Made by a program: the position numbers and the translations under genes. DNA of 56,752 nucleotides, the filler included, from Jimgerdemannia flammicorona (lineage: Eukaryota): assembly GCA_003990765.1 (NCBI GenBank). It is 2 parts of 2 records of this genome, joined end to end, with 100 filler letters (N's around TTAATTAATTAA, not from the genome) between each part and the next. Parts side by side here need not be neighbours in the genome. Positions count along the whole stretch, not along the records: positions 1 to 28,326 come from RBNJ01000566.1; 1 more part is not named here. One strand, given 5' to 3'. The notes beneath the pieces are model-generated. The model worked only from the letters and a program-made list of their open reading frames with translations, ran no database searches and had not been told where the DNA came from. Below, one piece after another: positions 12,922 through 23,599 of the stretch; position 1 is the first letter of the stretch, and each line of letters starts with the position of its first letter.

Positions 12922-15225
12922 CTGAGGTTGAGGTGTGGCCATCTGGCTCCAGTGGAGGGGTCTCAGAGGTAGTTGATTCCTCTTCTTCCTGTTGGGTCTA
13001 GGGCTTTCATGAAGTTGGTGGCATCTTCTGCCCATCTTTGGCAGGTTGCATGTCTGATGAGGGCTAGGATGTCTTCTCTCAAATCGTAGATCTTGAGGGT
13101 TCTTCTTCTGGACTTCTTGGTCTGGATTTTTCGGATCTGGCTTCTATTATCTTCTCTTTTTAAGATATAGATCACAACATTATGACTGAGGTGAATCTTC
13201 TGGTGTCTGCAGTCTCAGCAGTCTGGGTGTCTTTTATGGTTGCAATATCCCTTTGCTCAGAAATGATGTTCCTGGTTGTTGATCTCTTGTTGTCTCAGGA
13301 ATCAGTACCCATCTTGGTCATAAGTTGGTGGAAGAGTAGACAAGGAGTATATTTCTATCTGGGTAAAGAGACCTTGTCCTCTGAATCAGCTTTGCAACTT
13401 GGTGGTAACTTCTTGGAAGATAGTTGACTGTGCAACTGTGTTTGGGGGTTCTGGTTTCTGAGGTCTCTGTCTCTCCTATTGGTCTAGTAGATGGCACTGA
13501 TAGCAGTAGTCTCAGAGAGAGTGGAAGACCATTTGGTGTGGACATCTTCCTAGCCGAAAAGCCTTTTCTTGGTGAGTTTCTTTCTTGGGGATAATGGTAA
13601 TTGTACCGGGTCCTTCTTCTATATTCCAAGGGTCATTGTCTTCAGGTAGTGTCCAGTGAGGGTCATCCCAGGGGATGAGTTCAGGGACTTCTTCCTCTTC
13701 AGGTACTTTTTGTTCAGGAACTTCTTGGTTAGAAACTTCTTCTTCCTCAGATGATTCTTGACCCCAAATTGCTTGTACTCTGCTGCAGGTATTTCCAGGA
13801 TATGTCTACATTTCTTCTTTTTCCTTCTGCACTCTGGGCAGGCTGTACCAGGCGATTTTCTTATTCACATAATCTTAGAGAAATGCTCAGGACACTTGTG
13901 TCTTTTGAGGCATATTGGGCATCCTTTGATTTCTCCTGCAATGGCTCTAATGGTGATAGGGATGGTGTTCTTGGCCCACACATTGTCTTCTGGTCTGTCA
14001 TCCACCAGATTAATTTAGGGATTAAGTCTGAGATCATTTCCATCCTCAGAATCTTCTTCCTCCTCTGTGGTAGATTCTTCACTACTGGCATATTCTTCCT
14101 GGATAGTGACCTTCTTCTTCTTCTTTGATTGCTTATAGCTGGTCACCTTAACTCTGTACTTCTTGCCTTGGTAGTCAAACTTAAGTACTTGTTGGCCAAT
14201 ATCAACAACTGCATTCATTTCCTTCATCTAGTTGGTGCCAAGAATTATGTCATAGGTGACAGCTTCAGTGACAACAGCTTTCAGGATGGAGAACTGAATA
14301 TGTCCTAGAGAGATGGTGATATTTCATACTTCTCCAAGGGGTTGAGTTCGGGCTCCATCTGCTACTATGATGCTGAGGTTGGATGGTCCATCAATGGGCC
14401 ATTGGAGGGTGTCCAGGAATTGTTTGGTAATAACACAGATAGCTGCTCCTATGTCTATGAGGATTTTCGCCTTTTGTCCTCCAATATCTCTATGTAGGTA
14501 GGTGCTGACATGTCTTTCAGCTGCTTGGACAGGGACAGGATCTGGTTCTTGCTGTGGGATTGGAACTTGGCCAGTGCTAGACCTGGTGGTTCTCAGCAAT
14601 TTGTTTTGGACTCTGGCTGGTGTCAGTTGCAGGAACTGCAGGAGAGGGACTTCCATCTTAGCCTCTTGAATCTTCTGCCTGACTTCATTGTAGATGTCTC
14701 TAGGCAAGGTCTTCAGGATGTACTTCTTTTTTGGCTTTGAAGCAGCAGGTTTCCATTCATTTCCTCATCCTCTGGTGGTAGCTCATTTGTCTTAGGGACA
14801 AAAGGTGAAGAAGTCTGGGGAGGTGTTTCTACTGTTCTTCTTCATGTTCTTCATCTTTCTCTTGGATGATTCTTCTTCTGATATTTCTGGATGATCTTTC
14901 TACAGGTCTCTTTCTTTTCTCTGCTAGATAGACTGTTTTCTGAGTAGTAACCTTGATAGGGTAAAAGTCTATATCACTGTAGTTTTCACTATTGCTTGCT
15001 TCCTCGAAATCTTCAACTGGATGAGCTTCAGTCTTTTTGTACTGAGTGTCATTTCTTCAGTTTGATGATTCTGAGTCCCTTCAGTCACTTCTTTTGTTAT
15101 CACATTCAGTGGCATAGTGTCAGAATTATCCACAGTAGAAGCATTGGACTTGGGCTCTGTCTCAGACAGAGTACCTTCTTTATTCTTGCTGATAATTCCT
15201 GTTATCTCTTAGTAGATAACCTTGG

Positions 15226-15459
15226 TCAATATTTTTGCCGTAATGTCGATCTACGCTAGGGAGGCATAACTATACTACTTTTTGCATAATGTCAACTATG
15301 CTATGCTCACATGATGTCAATCTTCGTGATAAAACACCAATAACCCCGTGTCACCGAAATGACCATGCATCACCCCGAAATCCTAGGAAAGAAACCTCAA
15401 ATAAATGATCGATTGTTCTGTATTTGGGTGGAAACACATGGTATAAAAGACCGGCCCAA
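15226..15459 (-). repeat. Ngaro terminal repeat B2
   Basis: 234-bp near-identical copy of 15741-15974. Confidence 0.92.
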
Positions 15460-15493
15460 CCACTATGTATATATATGTAGGGTGAGGTGGGTG

Positions 15494-15737
15494 GTAATGA
15501 AATATGTACGAATGTACGGAAGCACAAAAGTGTAAGTATAAAGCATGTATGAAGTAATGTTGAGTGAATGGTAGATTACATATAGAAGTAATGCGCCTAC
15601 CACGCTAGTACCAAAAAAGGAAAGACTATGCCTGATTTAGACACGCCTTAGACAAACAATGGCGTTGAAACATTTTGGGTGCTATATGCCCAAGACCTTC
15701 CTGCATTCGTTGACCTGTGGTCTCGAGCGAGCCCCCT
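15494..15737 (-). repeat. Ngaro repeat A2
   Basis: 244-bp near-identical copy of 20662-20905. Confidence 0.92.
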
Positions 15738-15740
15738 TAT

Positions 15741-15974
15741 TCAATGTTTTTGTCGTAATGTCGATCTACACTAGGGAGGCGTAACTATACTACTTTTTGC
15801 ATAATGTCAACTACACTATGCTCACGTGATGTCAATCTTCATGATAAAACACCAATAACCCCATATCACCGAAATGACCATGCATCACCCCGAAATCCTA
15901 GGAAAGAAACCTCAAATAAATGATCGATTGTTCTGTATTTGGGTGGAAACACACGGTATAAAAGACCGGCCCAA
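15741..15974 (-). repeat. Ngaro repeat B1
   Basis: Copy of 15226-15459. Confidence 0.92.
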
Positions 15975-16154
15975 ATGTTATATGTAAAATGTGTGGGATG
16001 ATGATGTGTAGCAGTGTGAGTTGGCAGCACCGAAAGAAAGAACTCGGCCCAAATGAAGTAAAAAGGGGGTTATGGATGTGGAAATGTGAGCAGAGTAGAT
16101 GATAGAAAGGCGCCGAAGGCTTAATAGAAAGGCTGCGCCCAATGTCGATGATAT

Positions 16155-16519
16155 GGCTGGTGTCGCAAGACCTGCGGTTAAAACCGAGGGCAGGTGTCAC
16201 CAATCGTGCGATAGCCAAGAAGCTGATTTAATGAGCCCAGCGATCGAGGGATAGAACTGGTGTCGCGAGTTGCACGGGGGTCCGAGTAGGCTGGTGTCGC
16301 AAGCTGTGCAATAACGAAAAGAAGGAGGGCTGGTGTCGCGAGCCGCGCAATGTCGGAAAAGGTTGGTATTGCAAACTACACGGTTGCAAGAGGCTGAGGT
16401 GGGTGGATTAAGGCTGGTGTCGCGAGCCGCGCAGTGATGTAAGGCCGATGAGGAGAGGTAAAGGCTGGTGTCGCGCGCCGCGTGGGACCCGGAATAAGCT
16501 GGTGTCGCGGGCTATGCGG
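16155..16519. repeat. Array of 9-10 ~21-bp repeats (GGCTGGTGTCGCGAGCCGCGC) separated by unique 10-30 bp spacers
   Basis: Copies start at 16155, 16189, (16221 decayed), 16255, 16289, 16328, 16361, 16412, 16463 and 16497. Confidence 0.88.
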
Positions 16520-16543
16520 TAGAAAAAAAGGAACGGAAAATCG

Positions 16544-17551
16544 TTAACCACAAGTAATATGAGTAACAGAACAAGTATTACGAGTTAATGAAGCCCGAAG
16601 GTGGAGAATGCGAGAAATAGGCATATGAATATAGCATTTAAATGCCACGCTCTCCCACTGATCCAACATCTGAATCTCGTAATCGGATAAACTGGCCGCA
16701 GCGGCATCGGATGTTGCACCAATCCGAAAACTATGCCCGGCATAAAGAAGCGGATTCAGACCAATCTGTGGAAGTAACATGCGAAGATGACTAACGAGAT
16801 AGGCCCAAGAGAACGATCGATTCGCGGAACACCAGAACAGAGGGGTGTCGGGTGGGGCTGGGTGCGCCAGGTAAAGAAGGCGGAGTAAGGATACAATGCA
16901 TGGTGCAGCGGGATCCATTTTGGTGATAAAAAGTGTTGTACCCTGGTGAAATGGGTCTGTTTTAGAGGCCAGCAGGGTGAGCGTAATATGGGTGGGGTCG
17001 GCAATGCTAGGTTGAAAAACCACAGAGCCGCGGGACAGCTGGGAAACAGGATCGAAAGACCTGTCCCACGTAAATTCGCCGGAGCGAAGAAAGCCGACAT
17101 ATGCAAGCGACATCACTGTCGCAAGATGCAGATTGTCATAATCAGATAGCTGAAGCAAACTGATAAGACTGCGAAGAATACCGAGCATGATAGGAAGGCG
17201 AGGTCGAGTTGGGCATATGCCTAGCCACCGCTTCATGCCACGCATCACTTGGGGAAGTTGGTAAAGACTGATGAACGGATTGGCAAAACCGGAGTCGATG
17301 TGTAGAGAATGAATGGCTGAGAGGTAACGTTTGATTGTGGATGGTTGAAGCCGTCGCAAGGCCAAGCTACAGACCCACCGCATTAGCACCAGTTCGGATG
17401 CAGGCAAAGGCCCGCCGGAGGCATGATTACTGCCATGGAGATTGCAGAATTGGAGGAAGCTGCGTTGTCCCAAAGAGTATGAGCAGTGCATTGATTTTGC
17501 CAGTCCGAACCACAAAAAGAAGGCAATGACAGGTGGAAGCACGGAATGCAA
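16544..17551 (-). CDS. Tyrosine recombinase (DIRS/Ngaro integrase); open frame but mutated
   Basis: GFLRSGEF (catalytic R), SKTDPF (K), GHSFRIG (HxxR), W...Y in DQWESVAFKCYI; N-terminal SAM-like region STIKRYLSAI. Confidence 0.9.
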   Translation of the reverse strand: MHSVLPPVIAFFLWFGLAKSMHCSYSLGQRSFLQFCNLHGSNHASGGPLPASELVLMRWVCSLALRRLQPSTIKRYLSAIHSLHIDSGFANPFISLYQLPQVMRGMKRWLGICPTRPRLPIMLGILRSLISLLQLSDYDNLHLATVMSLAYVGFLRSGEFTWDRSFDPVSQLSRGSVVFQPSIADPTHITLTLLASKTDPFHQGTTLFITKMDPAAPCIVSLLRLLYLAHPAPPDTPLFWCSANRSFSWAYLVSHLRMLLPQIGLNPLLYAGHSFRIGATSDAAAASLSDYEIQMLDQWESVAFKCYIHMPISRILHLRASLTRNTCSVTHITCG

Positions 17552-19137
17552 ATGATACCAATCGCGGTCGGGAGCGTCTGAGCGTAAGGGGCAAGACGAC
17601 GGAAACGAGGAAGATCAGCGTGGGATAAAGCATCAGCAATGCCATTATTGGACATTGAGATGAATATGGCGCAAAGTTGAAAAGCGTGATGCGCCATTTG
17701 AAAATAGAGCTGGCAGAGAAGTTCCAGCAGAAGAGGGTTGCGTGAAGAGCCCGAGTTGATAATAGCGACGATCGCCTGATTATCAGAATGAAGCAATATA
17801 TGGTGAAAATGCCATTGAGTGCCCCAGGTAGCAGCAGCAGCGACCATGGCGTAAAGTTCCTTGAACTGAATATCACGCGAGGCTATATCGGGAGGCCAGG
17901 GAGTGGAAAACCATTCGCTATTGAAATGTGCACCAAAGCCTTGGATCCCGCTGGCGTCCATCCATAATTGTCCATCAGGCTCGTAGAACCATGCCACCGG
18001 ATGTATAACAGAAATACCATTCCAGTGGGGTAGGAATTCAAGCCATCAATGAATGTCGGCGTAGAATTCCTCATTCAGTGAGATATGGAATGAGGCATTG
18101 CTGGAAAGAAGGTCAATAAACCGCCGCAGGAATGGGCAGCCTGGCGGAATGATTTTACAGGCAAATGCCAAGGAACTAATAAGAGACTGCAGTTGAGGGC
18201 GTGTACATAACGTGCGCAATAGCCACTGCTGAAGAGTGGCGAGCAACGTGTCAAGCTTGCCAAGAGGCAGGCGGGCTTCCATAGCCATTGTATCCAATTC
18301 GATGCCCAGAAAGACAAGTGATGTTGTTGGGCCTTCGACCTTGCACTCTTGAATTGACCAGCCAAGATGACGACAGATAGCAAGAAGTAAACATAGGTCG
18401 GAGAGAGCAGACGGCCAGAGCGGCGGCGAAACAAGAAGAAAATCGTTGACGTAGTGGATGAGTGCGCATATGTTATGACGGTGGGCGATCCATGCAAGAA
18501 GTTCCGCGAAAAGGTTGAAAAGAAATGGTGACAAGGATGTGCCAAAAGGAGCAAACTGATCAAAATAAAACTGCCCTGACCACTTGAAACCCAGCAACTC
18601 CCAATCTGTAGGATGGATGAGAATATGACGATATGCATCGGTGAGGTCGACCTTCAATAGAAGACATCCCTGGCCAAAACGACGAACCAAGTCCAAAGCC
18701 TCGTCAAACTTAATGTAAGAGAGCTGGAAGGTGTCGGCATCTATGCCGGCATTCACTGAATCGCCGTTACAGGGCCAAGAAAGGTCGTGAATATGATGCC
18801 ATGCGCTATTAGAATTCTTCTTCACGACAGTGCTAAGAGGAGATGAGCGAAAGCATTTGAATGGAGGGGATGAGAATGGGCCACAAATTCTACTGGCGGC
18901 GACTTCTCGCTCAATGTCAGACATGATCGCTTCCGGGTGGTCAAGAGCGGAGCGATGATTATAGGACAGCAGGCGCCGACGAGGCCCATTTAAGCTGAGA
19001 AGAGTGCCTTGAGTAATAGTGGCAATGGCAGCCTGAGCTACCTGTAGGGCAGGATACAACTGGAGCTCACGTACCCACACAACAGGGCGAAGAGCAGAAG
19101 AAGGAAGAGGAAAACGACATAGAATGTCTTGAGCCAC
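17383..19137 (-). pseudogene. Ngaro reverse transcriptase-RNase H ORF, inactivated
   Basis: KVDLTDAYRH, APFG, HYVNDFL (YxDD changed to YVND), FLGIELD; in-frame TGA at 18046-18048; RNase H DASG...ELYA...SDN...NGIADALS in the same frame. Confidence 0.9.
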
Positions 19138-19224
19138 TTTGTTGAGAGGGGTGGTAAATAGGCGACGGAGTAGGGTATTTGGAGCGGCCAGGGATATGTG
19201 TAAAGAATAAACAGGGGCGAGTTC

Positions 19225-20655
19225 CTAGGGGCAAGACAATGGATTGTAGGAGCATCGATACCATGGATGATCACCATTGCAGCAAGAACAGGAATGCACA
19301 TAAGGGCATCCTTTTCTATTGCACCCAGGATCCTTTATGGGTGATCCATCAAATAGAACGCCGTTGTATGCCTGACAAGTAGACCGTTGAGAGGCTTTCT
19401 TGGTAGATGGAGCGGAGGAGCCATCAGTAAGACATAGCCCCTGTTGTACATTGCGAGACTTGAAGGGCTTAAGCAGATTAGATGTAGAGGTTGGAGTTCA
19501 TAGACATTGATGTAGACTAAGGATCATAAAGAGGTCTGGGTCGCGCCGGGCCCAGTGCTCGCACTATACCAAAGAAACACCATCGTTCGCGATCTCCGCC
19601 AGTCATTTTGTGTGAAAGGAGACATGATAATCGAGAAGCGCAGACCAATACGACGACTTTGATAGTAAAATAAAATCCGCGGCATATGAAAAGAATGGAG
19701 TAGGATCGGTGAGGCCTGGGTATGCGTCATGAAGAACGCTGAAATACGTAAGCAGGGCGGCGAGGAAAGCAGGGATGTCTGGAAGATCTTTGATAAGGGA
19801 TGGCAGCTTTCGAAGAATGATCTGGGCACCCAATTCGTCAAACGTTTCGATGAATTGAGCGTCAGGAAGACCACCGATAGAAATGACATTCTGCTCTAAG
19901 AAACGGCCGAGCGACATGGCGGTGAACGAATTGTCGATGACCGTGGCCAACAGCCATTAATTAACATGGGTGTATTTTAAAGAGAGATTGACGTCTCGGA
20001 CAATGGTATGGGCAGAGACAACAGAAGGAGGTATAGGGATAGACTCACCCTGGGGATTACTGGCAGAGCCATGAATGCTGGTGGACCAAACTGAAGGGAT
20101 AGTCGGTAAGAGCTAGGATGAGGATGGGGATGCGAGAACTGCCGAAAGAGAAGCAGTAGCACGATCAATAAAGGCTTGATCGATGATGGGAGACACGTCC
20201 TGACCAGAAACGGCAGGAACTGCACTAGCCAGTGCCACTGAAGATACGATATCGGGGTGAGAGCGTAAGAGCTGAAAAAGTTCATCGAACTGACGGTCTT
20301 GCACAGATGCATGCTCTTGGAGCTGAGCAACGCTGGCTTTGATGGAAACATCAGAGGCCGGTGTGCTGAAAAAAGCTGGTCCGGCCGCCGTAGTGCTAGC
20401 GGGAGCCTTGGATGCAGCACGAGCTGATAGATGCATGATTCGGCGGGGTGCAGAAGTAGAGTGATCAGGGAGGGTGGCGAGATAATCCATGAGGATAGCA
20501 ACATCGGGGTTCTCGCTATCAGATTCTAGGTCGTCTTGCAGAAAACGGAGCACACGCTCGATGAAATTAACGTCCGAGCCCAGGTCGTGTTGGCCCTTTG
20601 ACGTATGGGAAGGGTCGTATCGACACAAAAGGCAGGAATTTGCGGAGAGGACCAT
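19225..20655 (-). pseudogene. Ngaro ORF1 (gag-like) with C-terminal Cys/His fingers
   Basis: ORFs 20113-20655 and 19603-19950 share one frame broken by stops; it ends CQAYNG...GCNRKGCPYVHSCSCCNGDHPWYRC. Confidence 0.75.
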
Positions 20656-20661
20656 GGTAAT

Positions 20662-20905
20662 GTGATGAAATGCGTACGAATGTACGGAAGTGCAAAAGCG
20701 TAAGTGTAAAGCGCATACGAAGTAATGTTGGGTGAATGGTAGATTATATATAGAAGTAATGTGCCTACTGCACTAGTACCAAAAAAGGAAAGACTATGCC
20801 TGATTTAGACATGCCTTAGACAAACAACGGCGTTGAAACATTTTGGATGCTATATGCCTAAGACCTTCCTGCATTCATTGACCTGTGGTCTCGAGCGTGC
20901 CCCCT
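20662..20905 (-). repeat. Ngaro terminal repeat A1
   Basis: Copy of 15494-15737, immediately upstream of the ORF1 ATG. Confidence 0.92.
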
Positions 20906-22240
20906 CATCTCCTCTGTGGTGGGTATCCTCTGTTGTCTTGATAGCTCTGATTTTTGTATATAGTGAGTTTTTCAATCTGTCCAACCAATCAGTCCAACTT
21001 TGAGCTGAGGTCTTGGATTTGCTTCTGTCCTTCTTTCCTTCCTTGGCTGGCCTTCTTTCTTCAGATCTTTCTTGTCCTTGAAGGAGTCCTTGCAGGGTTT
21101 TGATAAGGATATCTTCTTTATCTTCTTTCTTGTCATGATCACTCCAGGTAGTTCCTTGTCTGACATCATAGAATCCTTGGGCTGCATCTACTTGCTCTTC
21201 AAACCTTCTGATGCCTAGAGTGAGGATATGCTGGGCAATGTTCAGGGGAATTCCATTCATAAAGGTATTGGACCTATGATGTCCTGGTTGGTGGCATTAA
21301 ACCTGGCAGCATACATTCTCTTCTGAATTCTTGTGAAGAAGGCTCTGAGTGATTCTTCAAGATTCATCTTCATCCCTAAGATAGATTCTTGAGCCTTGTG
21401 GTAGGTTTCATTTCCTGCATACTTTTTAATGAGCCAGTGGACCATGACCTCATATTTGAGCTCATAAGACATTGCTGCTTGTATCTGTCTCACCAGTTCT
21501 GAATCTGGGTCATTAGTTGTTCAGCAGAAAATTCCTCTGGCTGGTTCTCTGAGCTGAGCCTTGAAGGTGGTGATTTTTCTTTTATCTGAGGGATTCCTCA
21601 GGGCTGCAATTCCTTCAATTCCATCAAGGAATTCTGTGGGGTCTTTCTCTGGGGATCATGCAAAGGTTGGCAATGAGGTGGCCATTTCATTATCACTTTC
21701 TTCAGATTCTGGTTCTGGTTCAGACTCTGATTCTGATTCGCTTTCTGAGTGTCACTGGAGATGGAGGTGCTTGGGTATTCTGAGGATGGTGTTCTGGACC
21801 TTGGACGAAGTGGAATGAGCCTAGATATTCTTATAGGAGCTACTTCCAACTCTGTAAGGGCTTATGGTAAAGATTCTATTAGTGAGATTGATGGAACTAG
21901 TATGGGGTGTCTGGCTGTAAGATCTCAGACTTGTGTAATAAGATCTTCTAGTTCTTGTACAAGTTCTTCAAAATCTCCAGCAGGGCCACCTATGTTGTCT
22001 GATTGGTCTTATTAGGGATTTTGGGCTGTACTATCTTCTAGTTTGGGTTGGGATCCTTCAGATGCCTGGTAGTTAGCAAGTCTTAATGTGATTACCTCTC
22101 TTCCTGTCTAGATGTGGTAATAACTAGTTCTTCTGTAGTGGCAGAGATTGGTGTTGTATCAAATGTATCCAGTTTGACTGTGGGTTCTTATGAGCTGAAA
22201 AGTTATGTCAATTTGAAATATTCCCAGTTGAGTCCCTAAA

Positions 22241-23599
22241 TGTAATATGCCTGGCTCAATAGAGGCAAATTACAAGATTGGAGGTTGATATAGTTTGGCT
22301 TGAGCCCCCAGTTACTTTGTTAAAAGCAACAAAATGTTCTAAGATTCCTGAGGTCTGTGGTATTTAGTAGTATAATATTCAAAACTGGATATCTGCGAGC
22401 AATTTCCTTATTGGGATGGTTCTCTGGGTGTAGCAGCGATTTGTATGTCTTTTCCTTCTTGGGTCAATCTGGGAATTGGTAGGATTTCATGTATAGCATG
22501 ACAATCTCTGTGTGTGACAGTCTGGCAATTTTAGCAGTTCTCCTTCTTGAGTGATGGGCAATCTCTATGTAGTGCAACAATCTCCAAAAGTATGTGATTT
22601 CTGGGTAATGATCTCTTGTGTAGCACAGTGGATTCCTTATGTGATTTGGGTGGATAACTTGATTTGGCACAGATTCTCTTAACTTGGTGGGCTTCTGGGA
22701 ATAATGACTTGAATGGTACAGATAATTTGAATAACTGGGAATAATGCTGGTGGAAGGTTCTTCTGTATCAGGCTCACTGATAACAAACAACTCAGATGTC
22801 ATGGAAACTCAGATGGTATGAATCAGGTTCTTCTGGGAATGCAGATAATTCAGAAATAATGGCTTCAACTGGGAAATATGCTGGTGGCTTCTGGGAAAGG
22901 GTCTCTTGGCAAAGTTGCATCAAAGACTGGCTTTGTTTGCACAAATGAATTACTGTGAAGTTTTATCAGAAACTGGCTTGAGCAAGGCAGCTTCCTCTTG
23001 GATAGCAGAAACTTGGGTTCTTTGGGCTTATCTGGCAAGCATACCAATAACATTAATTCCAAAGGTGGTGAAGTTCTTTCTTGAACTTAGGCAGCAAACT
23101 CGAATTCTTCAGGCTTAGTCTAGCAAGTATACCAAAAGTGTGGCTTATTCCTTAAGTGGCAGGTTACTCAAATGGCAGCGAAGTTCTTCTTTGAACTTAG
23201 TGGCAAATCTTCAGCTTTATATTAGAAAGTGAACTGGAGTTGAAAGAAATACTTTGCTCACAATCTCCTAGCAGTGGCTGTAGAGTTCCTCTTGAAGTGT
23301 GGTAGGCAGACTTGACTTATGCTTTGAATTCAATTCAGACTGAGGTTTATTCACTCTTGTCTCTAGGGTAATTTATATAGCTGTGGTTGCTATCTGGTTA
23401 CTATATTGCTAATTATAGATTACTATCTATGGCAAGTGTGTAGGTTTTATATAGGTGTGCAGATCTTGCACAGATATACCTTATCTGGTAGTCTGGCTAT
23501 TTATATAGCTTTCTATAGCAATGGTTGCTGGTTACTATGCTATATGTTTACATCATCTGGCTAAGTTATAATCTGAGTGGTACATTTTGGTTTGTCACA
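22241..23599 (-). repeat. 5' LTR of element C (~1.36 kb)
   Basis: TG...CA ends, AATAAA signal, adjacent PBS, and homology to 40960-41723. Confidence 0.75.

Larger units (their letters stand above)
15226..20905 (-). mobile_element. Ngaro-type (DIRS order) tyrosine-recombinase retrotransposon, full length
   Basis: Split direct repeats in the order A1(20662-20905), ORF1, RT/RH, YR, B1(15741-15974), A2(15494-15737), B2(15226-15459) on the minus strand. The host gag frame rejoins when the element is removed. Confidence 0.93.
12871..23599 (-). mobile_element. Truncated Ty3/Gypsy-like LTR element C inserted antisense into the RT of element A
   Basis: 5' LTR 22241-23599 (TGTGACA...ATTACA on minus) followed by a decayed tRNA-Pro-like PBS (TTTAGGGACTCAACTGGGAAT). 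Gag 21850-20906 resumes at 15225 with Zn knuckle CFYCG*F*HYATEC (~15100-15145); protease ILIDIGAAICVI ~14450. No RT, IN or 3' LTR found. Confidence 0.8.

Noticed and set aside
16155..16519. True CRISPR array
   Set aside because: Eukaryotic TE context, no cas genes, and short spacers of variable length. Kept as an unexplained array.
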